This document shows, one piece after another, positions 13,150-26,100 of a stretch of 64,000 nt of DNA. A program made the position numbers and the translations under genes. Each line of letters opens with the position of its first letter. The stretch's first letter is position 1. Source of the DNA: Asterias rubens. Lineage: Eukaryota. The stretch spans positions 1,116,001-1,180,000 of the forward strand of contig NC_047070.1 in assembly GCF_902459465.1 (NCBI RefSeq), read 5' to 3'. The notes below the pieces were generated by a model. That model saw only the letters and a program-made list of their open reading frames with translations. It did no database searches and was not told the origin of the DNA.

Positions 13150-16100
13150 GTCGTATGTTCAACTGGTTGTTGGGCAGATATATTACTTACATAGTGTTCA
13201 TTTTGTTTGTGTCTGGTGTTTGTTTGTTTGTTGGGTTGTTTTGGGATGTTTCTTTTTGAGAGGTAGAGACTCGTTCTACTAGATGTATTCTCTTGAGCAC
13301 GAAGACGAAAAATAATCATCAGTTAATCTTATTTATGAGCACAATAAATAGGTTATATATATATATATTTAGACAAACAATATACATGTCCTCACATTAG
13401 CACATAAATTTCACCAAGACTCAAGATAAACATGCGCTTGAAAATATCGTATCACTATCAACGTTCTAGTTTTTCTTCGTTGCCAAGTCTATTAACATAA
13501 GCAATATTGAACATTTTTTAACATTTCAGGAAATGTCAACAGGTTGTACATCTGAAGTAGGCCTAATGCAGGATGAAATTGAAGGGGGAAAAATACGGGT
13601 GTAATTTTAAATTCAATGAGTAAGAAAATATTAAGGTCCGTAAAGGGTAGGGACAAGAGAGGGATTGGGCATGTGGAGACGGTTTAGGGGTGGGTGCATC
13701 CTGAAAAATCACAATACACGTCCCTCAAATAAATACACGGATGAAAGTTGCATCCCGAAAACGGGGCAAAAATACCATGTCACAAAAAACTGGGCCAACA
13801 TTTCTTCTAAGGCCTACAACAGTATAACAGTTAAACAAACACAATATTACTGCCAAAATGAAAGTAATGGGCATTACTTGTGGTCGGCACAATCTGTTAA
13901 AGTATTCCTGAAAGGTTACAAACGCTACAGCTGTCGACAAAGGGAAGTCATGTTCAATAACCAGGCCCAGGTGCGATCAGGCCCAGGTGGGAATGGGCAA
14001 ACTCGAACTCACTGACTCAGCTATTGGTAAGGGTCATAAAAGGCAGGTAATTGGAAACATTCATCAGATGGGGTGGGGGGGGGGGTAAGGGATCATCAGG
14101 GTCTGATATTCCTATCCATCTATCAACCAATGCATTAGAATAAAGGGTATAAAATATACATAAATGACCGCTGAGACTCTGTGCGGTTTGCACTCCAAAG
14201 GGAGATACCGAATTATAGATAACTGAAAAAATGCCCATGAAAAGTTCCTCAGAGCATAATTGACATGAAAAACAATTCAGCCAGTACACAGTAGCACAAC
14301 GCACACCAGAGACTGCGTAGCATGGAGGGGAATATTGTGGTAGTGTAAATGAAGATACCGCATTTAATTCAGACTTGAGCATTGGCTTTTGCCTTCTATC
14401 CCATTGGTGTTCATTACTTTCCCGGCGGCTTAACAAAGCTTGATTCTTCATCTGAATGCTCTAGTTTGGACCCAAGTTTCCACTAATACATGCACACGGG
14501 TCCAATAGTCATACCACAGCCACAAGTCTAGTTAAGGAAAATAACGGTTACTCCAGATTGCGCCCTCAACATCCATTTTCTTCATTTTTTCACTTCACGT
14601 ATGTCACGTGCATTTATTGGCTTGATTACTAATGTCATACGCAACGACCAAACTATTCACCAATCATATCAGATTCTTTGTCCAGTTGCCGTAAAGCCTT
14701 CTTCACTTGATGTCTCAAAATATCAGTAACTCCTATATCAGGTTGGCGTTCTGCCTAACGTGTATAATTTTACAACGCGGCTGGATTTCTGCCGACATTT
14801 TGTCTTCCTTTTTTATATTTTTTATTGGAAGAATTTATGCACGCTGGCAATTTCCTCTGCCATCCAAGAGTCATTCCCAATTTGGCAGCAAAAATAATAA
14901 TTACAGAGGGTATGAAGCACTTCCGATTGTGAGCAACTAATCCTGGGTATTATTCAAATTTCGGAAATCACGGATTGAAGTACAAAGTGAGGTTGGTGTA
15001 AGGGGTGTGGCGCTGGTTATTAAAATGGGAGTCGAGAGCTCAAAATAAGTCATTTATCTACTTAACACAGTATAAAACTGAAGAGTGGAATTAGTTTTAA
15101 TGCGCTTCGAGGCACTCACTCCCGTATGAAACAAGAAAACTGATCCACTGGGCGGGAAACATAAATTCCTGTTTTCTGTATTGCGCTAGTGACCCGCATT
15201 CGCAACCCGATCCTCAGCACGGGAAAGAACGGCTTGGCGACCGACCCGTCGCCAGAGCCTCGCCAGGAAATGGGTCCAATTTCCCCCCGGCTGAAGTGTC
15301 CCAACCCTGGGACTTGCCGGGTCCCACCAGGCACAGCAAGCAGGAAGTCACGAGGGGACCGTCTACCGAGTCGAGGGTACTTGTGCTGGGGGCGGGAGGC
15401 TCGATGGGACCGGGGAAGAAGCGAGTCGCGATGCCGCAATTAAACCGTTCAGGGGGAATCACACTGTCCGAACCGAAGATGACCGGGCGGCTTGTCCCTG
15501 CCTCTCTTTGCCAAGCAAGCGGAACGATAAAATCGCTGGAAAAACACTCTCCTCGGTCGGTTGTCCCCACTTCAATCTCTTCCACTATTTTCTTTTCTCT
15601 CTTCCTCTCTATTTGAACAAAAATTGCGGATCTAAAATTTCCACGGTTCTTGAAACTTGCGCATGTGTGAAGAAGTTATTCAACCCAGGGAATTAGGATA
15701 AGTGCTTAAACTGCAATTTTACAGAAAAGGGAATAAAAGTAAAATTGAAAATTCATTCGCTCTGTCTTTTTTAGCAGTGCCAACTTCAAAATTGAACTGG
15801 ATTTAACATGTCACACCTCGTAATAACACAAGCGTACCAACCAGTAGCTGCATATATGAGTGCAAATAATGTATTGCCATTATAAGAAATGTAACTTGTT
15901 TTCATTTTTTACTCAAACTTCAACACTGAAAAAACACCACGACTGAACACTCAAGGGAATTCACTATTATAGTATATTTAACCAAGCATCTCGTTTATCT
16001 TATCAACAACATGATATTGTTTTAAAAAATAGAGTTACTTTTGTGTTTGTTGTTTCTGTATTGATGAGTTGTCATTTATTGATCTTTTTAAATGAATTAT

Positions 16101-18054
16101 AGTAATTTTTCTTCAAATTCACAGAGTACTTTTTAAGAAAATTTTCCCTTCAAAAAGAGGTTACTGCTTCAGTCACAATATTAATAATTACAGTGATTAT
16201 TCTCTTTCTCTTTTTTTATACAATAATCACACCCTCATCCAGTTCTGAAAACAACACTTTAAGGTTATTGAAAGTGGGCACTGATGTGACACCGCCCCCT
16301 CCCACCCCTTGCCTCACTCCCCACCTCCGGATGACCGTATATAACACGATTACATTGCCTTTGATGTCATACTATTATACAATCTTCTGTTTGTTTGTTT
16401 TCATTTACTCAGTAAAAATAAAGCGCATATCTAAAATTCTGTGTCATATTTGACCAATCATAGAGACCCATAGATTATACTATAAAAATCAACATTACTT
16501 TGGTCAAAAATTAATAATGTGATATTACGAAGTTTGAAGTCGAGTGAGAGAAGAAAAAAATATTGAAAGTGCATCGGTCTCGGTGTGTCTAGTGTAACAT
16601 GTGTCACGTGCATTCAGCCAGACCGAAAAACCAATCTGTCATTATTGTTCACAAGTTATTAGATCATCATGCAGAACAATGAGGAAATAAATTAACCTAC
16701 ATTCCTCACCACTTCAGCATTATTCCATTCTTTACAAATTCAATGACTGTAGTTAAAGCGCAGTTTGATCATCCTTTTAAGATGTCTAATTTGCTTTTTA
16801 GTTCTTTTATAACCCATCCATGTAACCAAAGCAAGGCCGAACGGGGGAAAGTGTGTCCACCCAACTTAATTTCTGCTGAAAGTATTATTATTTTGACAAT
16901 GCTCATACCTCTATAGATGTATGCACTTGCTATATTCTGGGGAAGCTAATAATACCGTTGGTGGCGCCCTTGTCAAGACTAAGGACTCACTTGAAAGAAC
17001 TTTAAGACGTCTGGAAAACTGATAACATTGTATGGTTTTTATCTCCCTATATTTCTGTGCATATTCGCTGTCATTCTTGAATGCGACTGGAAAGTTCCTT
17101 TAATCTTGATATTGCCAAGACCACTGGTTGCTTACGTGCCACGTCATGAACTGTCAGAACAGAAGCACTGGTACTTCATCACGCATATCCCAATGGTTCA
17201 CAGTATTGTTCTACGATGATGTGTCGTTTCCTGTACAAGCTCGAAATGGGAATGAACTCTAGAGACTCTATCAGTAATGACGCAACACTAGCATGCGACA
17301 ATATAGCTGGTATTAGTCTGGCAGGTAACGTGACACCATGGACAATCCCACGGCTTCTGTGATACACGGTTTATTTTGGAACATTGACCCCCCTCCCTTC
17401 CACTCCCCCCCCCCCCCCCACAGACCCTCCTCTCTTATTCATGTTCAGTGTTGGGGAGTTGACGTTGAGGTAGGCCTAGCAATGCAGACACTGTACTCGT
17501 CATTTTCCTGAAGTAACCCCAGTTTACCCACCACCCCCAAAACAAGAAACCAAGTCACAGGTCCAAAAAGACCTCTTTTGCATTATGTCACAAACTGAAA
17601 GTCAGAGTAACTTTTTGGCGCGTTTTCGCGTTTCCCCTGTTCGGAATTCAAATGGTTGCCTGTGGGTTGATTGTATTTTGGCCCCTAACGAATCATAACT
17701 TTTATTAATTAATGTAAGTCCAAAACCAAAATGTCAGGATGACCAAGAAAATATCGTCTGAATATAGTGACCCGTCTTCAATTTTATGAAGTTGTGTTTA
17801 GCAATCAAACTGTTGGGCGTACAAACTACTGACCTCGTTATTTGAGTGCTCTTTGTGGAGGACTTCCTCTGTTTATGCTCATGGCTCTAATCAAGCTCCG
17901 ATGGCCCTCATCCCAGTGAGCACAGAATGGTGTCCACTGGATGGACGGAGCAGGATGACCCGATTAAAAGTGCACGATTCCCTAAACGATTGGGTAAGCA
18001 TACTGGTGAAAATTGCTCAGTGGGATCGCACATCCGGGTCGTAAACCCATAGGC

Positions 18055-18320
18055 CAGGGCCCAATTTCATGGCTCTGCTTACCTTAAGCACAGAATCGGC
18101 GCTTACGGAAGCAGGGAGTTCTGTGCTTACGGCAAGCGTATTTCACGGGTAAGCGGTGAATTTTGGCTTCTGCGCGTGCGTACTCCACGTTACTAGCGTT
18201 CTACGCTTACGAGGCTAGCGCAGAAATTCGGCGCTTGCACGTAAGCGGGGAATCGCGATCGGATCGTAAGCGCAGAATTCGGCGGTATTAGCATGCAGCA
18301 GAGCCATGAAATGGGGCCCT
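18055..18320. mobile_element. Harbinger-like MITE, family B
   Basis: Terminal inverted repeats (CAG)GGCCCAATTTCATGGCTCTGC...GCAGAGCCATGAAATGGGGCC(CTG) and internal GCTTAC/GTAAGC repeats; same family as 45372 and 48283. Confidence 0.85.
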
Positions 18321-20318
18321 GTTGCCTGAAAAGGTTCTGCCTTAATACCTTTTGACATCAGTAACGTGGATAGAAGAAAAAGAGTAAACCATGTTAATGG
18401 AATACCCTTTTCTGCAGCGATACTGTCTCTAATATTCCCCATTCCTTTTTAAAAATACCCCAACATTTGCCCCCTTCTTGTGAACTTGAGTGATCTTTAA
18501 GGAAATTTGTCCCGACATTTAGAAACCCAATGGTCTTAATTACGGCAAACCGAACTGTAACACCCTTGCCCACGGCTCTTCAACTGGATGTCAAACTAAA
18601 ACAATAGCTCACGGCAAAAGACTTTGTTGTACCACTCGTCGAGGATTACAAAAGGATTACGAAAAATGTGTTCAGCTCGGCTTACCTGACTTTCCCGCCT
18701 AAACGCTAGCTTGTCGTCTGTTCCGGCGTACCTCGATGCGCCCTCTGGAGTGTGTGACTCATCCTTGCCTCTACTACCTGTTGCGTCTTGAGCAATACTT
18801 TCTCTCACTGCATGTGGTTTTAATTGTAGAGTCTTGGCTACACCTGTCTTTAAACTTGGATCATCCCTCCATCATTGCTGGCAATCTCTCAACGGCTTGT
18901 GGATGAGTAAAATAATGCTATGTTTCATTGCCGCTCCTCAGCCAGCCGCTGGCAAATCAAACTGAGAACAGACCCCAAATGCCGCAGTATCATCAGTCGA
19001 GAGGGCTGTACTAATAATTGTCATTGCGGGGGGAAACTAATAATTTTCAAAGAATGGTATGTTCGTGAGATGAGAAAGCTAACATTTTGTGGGGGACACT
19101 TCTGATGAAGAAGGGGTTGCTCAATGTGCCAACAAACTTGACAAGTTAGATCCAGGAGTGGTGGAGGCCGTCATAAGAGCATGATGGGTCATCCATCCAT
19201 TGGCATGGTGTTTTTCTTTGTAGTCCTTGCCCCAATAAACCCCTCTAGCCCTTTGTTGGTTGATTTTCCATTAAAAAGTAGACAAGATAAAGAAACAAGT
19301 TGATTAAAATTGCACCTCTAATCCTCTTTAAAGAACTCCTGAGATTCCAAGCAAACATTAACCACACAAAATGGGGTGGGGGGGATTCTTTATACTATAT
19401 CACAATGAAAAAGAGTGGAGGGAAGCCCCACCCCTTCTGTGTCAGATCCATGGGGATGCAGAGGGAACAATGCCCAAGCCACCCCCCCCCCCCCCCATAT
19501 CTTTTACCTTACCCCAGTTACCCATGGCCTACTGTTGGTACTCAAGTTTGGAAACGCTCCTCTTTATTATAAACCAAAAAATTGTCCTCAGTTCAAATTT
19601 GAGCCCAATTGCAGGTCCAAAGATGCAGAGCCGGATCAATGCAACAACCCCCCCCCCCCTCCACCCTTTACCTTAAAAACAAATAATTGATAACTTAAGC
19701 CAAAAATGATAATCAATAGTCAAAGCTCAATGTTGAAGATTTCATTTTTTTATTCCAGTCATTCCATCAATATCCATCACAAATTTTCACTTTTACTACC
19801 CTGCCATGTAAAGGCCGTCACAAAAAGCAATTTACAGGTTTACGGTTATGCAATTCCTTAGAAACACACACGTGACAAGGCATATTTCCGTTCTGTGATA
19901 TCTTACAATAATTATATCCAAATTGTGCATGCAATGCAGTTGGTTGATCGGGAAGTTGCCTGTAAAAATGCCTTGTGTGACAAGCTCGTTACCCTTCAAG
20001 TAGCGCCACTAGTTTGACTACATCTTCACCACTCTGTAATAGTAGTGATTACAGATCTTGAGAACAAACACCAGTACTGATCACACGGGCATTAGGCACA
20101 TGAAGGCCAGATTTTCACTTCACTGGAATACTAAAGGCAAAAAACAAATGTGACGTTGACCATCAAGTCAAGCACACTGTTTTTCTACCTATGAACGAAA
20201 TAATTTACAAGATATGCAGTAGAGTAGGTCAGTAAGTTGATCTCTGAACTTGTTGCCCACTTTGGAATTCATCTAGTGCCCCCACCATTGTCAAACTCTT
20301 TCGTTAGAAACAGTAGTC

Positions 20319-20560
20319 CAGGGCTGAAATAATGCACAGGCCTTGGTGCCCTGCACAGGCCACAGAGGCCTTGGTGCCCTGCGCAGGCCACAGAGGCCTT
20401 GGTGCCCTGCACAGGCCACAGAGGCCTTGGTGCCCTGCACAGGCCACAGAGGCCCTTTAAAAGTTTCCCATTTACTTCAAGATTTTGCAATGAAAGTGGC
20501 CTTTCAAAATGAAAATGGCCTTGTACTTTCAACACGTTCAAAGATGAAATTACAGGCCTG
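20319..20560. mobile_element. MITE containing a 28-bp x4 minisatellite
   Basis: Imperfect CAGG...CCTG termini; AGGCCTTGGTGCCCTGCACAGGCCACAG x4 at 20338-20455; the right end recurs near 28200-28241. Confidence 0.6.
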
Positions 20561-21350
20561 GTAGTCAACAGACTAAAATCACCCTGTCATTGAACAAACA
20601 ATTTGCCTTTCCTCAGGACTTGTAATAATATTTGCATACACACCACCCACAGGTACAAAGCAAGAGGTAAACTCCTGCTTGCCCGGTACTACTCATGGTA
20701 GCACTACAATCAGCATACATTAAAAATGACGCATAAAGCCATCTCTTAATAAACACAGTTACAATCTACAACAGACACGAATATATAAAACCAACTCATG
20801 GCACCACACATTTAAAAAACTACCACTTTACAATCAATGTACATACTCAGATCTTTAAAGTAGAAATGATTTTTATTTTAAATGTAAAAGTTTCCATCCC
20901 CTGAGCACTGGAACAGTCATGGCTGACCGTGTGAAGACTTGAACTGGAAATCCATTACAAAAAAATCCAAGAGAAAATCTAAAAAACTATCTTATTTACA
21001 TTTCACCTAATAAAGTATCAACTTCACTTTACAAACTCTATCATCTAAACAATCATCAGTAGAAACTATGTAATTATAAACCCTTGGTAATAAACCTCCA
21101 TTAAAAAGCATTATTAAAATTGCTACCAAAAAGACCATTATCCTTCAATAAGAAATGTTTTGATTGTCGGACATTTCTACATTTTCTCATATCGGTACTC
21201 ATCATGTTGCACGTTCAACTTTTATTTGAAATATAAAATAGTCAGTTTTTTGTTTTGTACAAGGTGTACTTAATGCTTGACAGGTAATACAGGACCCATG
21301 TCTCATGTGTCTCCAATCACTGCTTCGCAAACATTAAGTAGTTAAGGGTG

Positions 21351-21741
21351 TTAAAGGAACACATTGCCTTGGATCTGTCGAGTTGGTCTTTGAAAAGCGT
21401 TTTTAACCTTTTGTTATACAATGCATATGGTTGGAAAGATGTTGTAAAAGTAGAATACAATGATCCAAACAAACATGCCTCGAAATTGTACGGTTTTCCT
21501 TTTACCTCGTCGACTAACACGGTCAGCCATTTATGGGAGTCAAGTTTTTGACTCCCATAAATGGCCGACCGTGTTAGTCCGCACAGTAAAAGGAAAACCG
21601 TACAATTTTGAGGCATATTTGTGTGGATCATTGTGTTCTACTTTTACAACAGCTTTCCAACCATATGCATTTTATAACAAACGGTTACAAACGCTTTGTT
21701 ATAGACCAACTCGTCCGATCCAAGGCAAGGTGTTCCTTTAA
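21351..21741. mobile_element. Kolobok-like palindromic MITE, family D
   Basis: TTAAAGGAACACATTGCCTTGGATC...GATCCAAGGCAAGGTGTTCCTTTAA; nearly fully palindromic; second copy at 62129-62490. Confidence 0.85.
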
Positions 21742-21802
21742 AACGTGGATTGCTGGTGGTACATGCTGGTCAAGTTAATGACACATTTTGGTCGTTAATT
21801 TA

Positions 21803-21931
21803 GGCCGTGTCCGAAACGACGACTTCGGCTACAGCTACGTCTAGATCAGCGCGTCTACCAGTGTTGAAGAATAGGCAGACGCGCGCGATCTAGCCGTAGC
21901 TGTAGCCGAAGTCGCCGTTTCGGACACGGCC
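21803..21931. mobile_element. Short hairpin MITE (PIF/Harbinger-like, TTA target duplication)
   Basis: GGCCGTGTCCGAAACGACGACTTCGGCTACAGCTAC and its near-perfect reverse complement, flanked by TTA on both sides. Confidence 0.8.
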
Positions 21932-23117
21932 TTAATACCAGCATGAATAGAATACCCCTTATTCTACAGCTAAAAAAATCGCATTGGGCACCAGGTATTT
22001 TGGGAAGTAGTCTATTATTATACATGTAACTCCCGGTCTAAGAATGGGTCACTGTTTCTGCAAGACTTTACTTTCACTTCTAATCATAACAAAATAGACT
22101 AGCTGTGAACAATCCTAAAAGCTAGTCAAATGCAGGCTTCAACCTAGCAACAGCGCACTTCAGTCAGAGCCAAGATCAGTTGCAATTTAAATGACAAATG
22201 AGGCAAACTATGCAAAGCGGTTTATCAGGAAATAACACAACATAAACGTACCAAGATTTAAGCAATTTCTGGAAGATTGCATTTTCCCCCACTAGTACGC
22301 CTACATGTCCAGCTTCATGGCACTGCTTATTTTATACACATTTCTGAGCCCTAGAGCAAATTTGAACGAGTTAAATTTATCTAATGTCTAGTATGCAGAG
22401 AAAGAAAATAATAGAAATGATTTATTTTAACACTAAATGCACTTTCTACTGGAATGCACCCCACTTAAAAAGTTTAATATAAACTTTTAAAAAATAAGCA
22501 AAGAAAAACCCCCAAGGTTTCGCTTTTCCAATTTCCTACTTTTCTCCCGCGTTTATCAATGCCTCTTGTTGGGGGTGTTTTAAAATCTGTTACTAACAGT
22601 TAAAATCATAATTTAATAGGAAGAAAATGTTTCTTTTCCCCAATCCACTAAGGTACAAACAAAAATGCCATGTTCTTGCAAAAATGACTAAATTTACCTT
22701 TTAATTAACCCGACACAACATTGTACGTTTTGAATTAGTGGTAAATCAGGAATGTACAGTTAGAAATTTCAGTCACTTCTCAAAAAAGGCCTTTAAAAAA
22801 TTAAAAGTTATATTTGAAAAAGAGGTTATTTTACAATATTTACAAGAGTCAAGCTTTATTTACACACATTTAATCTTATGCTCTTTTTTTAAGTATAGTT
22901 TTGTCGTCCTTAAAATATTATTCTTAGTTTTTACGTTGGTCCAATTAAACTGCATAGTAATTGACAAAAGACCCAAAATCAAGTGACTTTGGCTACAGCT
23001 ATGGTCATCAACCACAACAATGAAGAATATGAGTTTTTGTGTTCCAGCCATAGCCACTTGTAGTTCCATGAATCCGGCCTAATATCCTACTCACCACTTT
23101 TGACTTTCAAAGGCATC

Positions 23118-26100
23118 TTACTTTTTGATGGTTCCTCGGCGTGTCTTCTTGGGGCTCAGGACTGCGACTGCTGCCTGCTTTTTTTGTGTTACCTTCTTGG
23201 CCTTGGGAGTTGGTTTGGACGTTGGTTGCCTGGTGCGACCAGATCGGCTGACCTTTGGAGTGACCACTGGTGATTTTGGGGTCACGGTTTTCTTGTTAGC
23301 AGCTGGCTTGACTGCTTTCTTTGTGGGGGATTTTTTGGGTGGTGCTGGCGAACTGATAGCCTTTCTTCCTCTCCCTGATCGGGTCTTTTTGGGACTGGGC
23401 TCGACAGCAACAATATCATCAGCTTTTCGTTTTGTTGCGGAGGCTTTCTTTGCAGTTGATGTTTTCTTTGCTGAAGCGGCTTTCTTGGCTGGTGTGGCTG
23501 CCTTTTTGGGTGTTACCATGGGCTTGGTTGTTTGTGCAGCCTTCGCTGGTGAGACTACAATTACTTGCTTTTTGGCTCGCCCACGCGTTTTCTTTGGCGA
23601 GGGTTTCACTGTAACCTCTGGAGTAGCTGGTACTGCTGCTGGTTTTCTACCTCGGCGTGTCTGCTTTTGGGGAGTCTTTACCGGTGATGGAACCTTCTTA
23701 GCTGGGGTCTTTACTTGTTTTGTCGTTCGCCCACGTGTCTTCTTTGGAGATGGTTTCACTGTAACCTCAGGAGTGGCAGGTGCCACTGCTGGCTTTCTAC
23801 CTCGACGTGTCTGCTTTTGTGGAGTCTTTGCTGGTGATGGAATCTTTGCCGGTGATGGAGCCTTCTTAGCTGGGGTCTTTACTTGTTTCGTCGTTCGCCC
23901 ACGTGTCTTCTTTGGCGAGGGTTTCACTGTAACTTCAGGAGTGACAGGTGCCACTGCTGGCTTTCTACCTCGACGTGTCTGCTTTTGTGGAGTCTTTGCG
24001 GGTGATGGAATCTTTTCTGGTGACGGAGCCTTTTTAGCTGGGGTCTTTTTAACAACTGACTTTACAGTAACTTTCTTCGTTGCTCGCCCCCGTGTCTTCT
24101 TTGTTGTTGGTTCAACAGAAACCTCAGGAGTGACAGGTGCCACTGCTGGCTTTCTACCTCGACGCGTCTGCTTTTGAGGAGTCTTTGCCTGTACCTTTGC
24201 TGGAGATGGAGTTTTAGCATTCTTAGCTTGGGTCTTTACAGCAGCCCCTCTTCGCCCACGTTTCACTGGAGTGGCCTTCTTAGTTTCTTCTGTGGCCGCT
24301 TTTTTACCTCGTGTCTGTTTCTTGACTGGAGCAGGGGATTGTGTCTTGACAGGAGCAGGTAAAGATTTCTTGACTGTCTTTTTGACAGGAGACGGTGACT
24401 TCTTACTTGGGGTTGCTACCTTCGGCTTCACGGGGGTAGGAGCTGTAATTTTGACTTTCTTAGGAGATTTCTTAGCAGGTGTATTGGCCTTAGTACGTTT
24501 TGCAGATGGAGCTGGTGCAGGTGAAGCCTTGCGTTTTGTTGCTTTCTTAGCGCTGGCCTTAATAGCAGACTGTACTGGGGACACGAACAGATCTGGAATG
24601 CCTTCAAAGTCTTCATAGGGGTCAAGTACTTTAGTTTTGGGAGTGGAAATGATCCGCTTAATGCCAGTCAAACCCATCGATTTTCTGCCTGTGGACTTGG
24701 CACTTGAAGCTTTGTTTTTGGGAGTCTTCATCACGCGAGCAATTCCAGTCAGATCAGGTGACCCAGCCTCACTTGACGGCGTCTTCATGAGGAGACGAAC
24801 TCCAGAGAGGAGAGGAGATTTTTCAGGGGTCTTTGCCTTAACAGGTGTCTTTGTTTTTGCAGGGGTCTTTGTTTTAGCAGGACTCTTGGCTTTTGCAGGG
24901 GTCTTTGTTTTAGAAGGAGTCTTAGCTTTCACCGTTACAACTTGACCAGTCTTCATTGGTGTCTTTCCTTCTTTGAGTGGAGATACAAATTTCTCTGAAA
25001 CTCTCTTACCTGCCATTTTGACGGCGGCAAGGGCTGCTGCGGAATTAACCATCTTTGATGACTTAATGGGAGTCTGGCCAGAGAGGAGAGGAGATTTTTC
25101 AGGGGTCTTTGCCTTAACAGGTGTCTTTGCTTTTGCAGGGGTCTTTGTTTTTGCAGGGGTCTTTGTTTTAGCAGGACTCTTGGCTTTTGCAGGGGTCTTC
25201 GTTTTAGAAGGAGTCTTAGCTTTCACCGTTACAACTTGACCAGTCTTCATTGGTGTCTTTCCCTCTTTGAGTGGAGATACAAATTTCTCTGAAACTCTCT
25301 TACCTGCCATTTTGACGGCGGCAAGGGCTGCTGCGGAAGTAACCGTCTTTGATGACTTAATGGGAGTCTGGCCAGGAACAAGTGGTGAGACCATCTTGTA
25401 GGGGGATGTGCTCTTGCGTGGACTTGCCACTCTTGATGATAAAGGAGACACAGACATGAAGCCAGGACCTTCCGGTGTGAGGAGATTGGCCACTGCATCA
25501 AGGAGTGACTTCCTACCCTTCTTCGGCGATGGGGTTGTCATCAAGTCGGCTAAACCGGTGAAGCTTGTGTCAACAGCGGCAGCCATCTCTTTCTTGGTAG
25601 GTGGCTTCTTGTAGGGCGTCTTCCTGCCCTTCTTGGTGCGGACTGGTGTCTTGGCCTTTAGTTTGGATCGACCAATTAAGATGGTAGCAGGAGATGCTGC
25701 ATGACCTGTGCTGCCAACTCCAAACACTCTCTTGCCCTGAACATGAAGAGAAATGAAAATGCTCATTTAAATGTCTTAAAAATGAAATGAATATTTTTTT
25801 GTTTTGTTTTTATTCCTTTGTTAGACCATACAATCAATTGGAACAACATGTATCTTTAGGGTTAAAAACAACAGTGTATTTTTGGGTAAAACAATACCTT
25901 CAAAGACACTGGACCATATTGGTAATTGTCAAAGACTAATCTTCACAGTCGGTGTATCTCAACATATGCAAAAAATAATAAACCGGTGAAAATTTGAGCT
26001 CAATCGGTCGTCAAAGTTGAGAGATATTAATGAAAGAAAAAAACACCCTTGTCGCAACATGGTCACTTGAAGTTGTGTGCTTTTAGATGCTTGATTTCGA

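Noticed and set aside
15116-15439. Neuropeptide-like motif KYPRLGRR (PRLamide plus dibasic site)
   Set aside because: The ORF starts at TTG, has no signal peptide in that frame and has only a single motif; chance in GC-rich sequence is likely.
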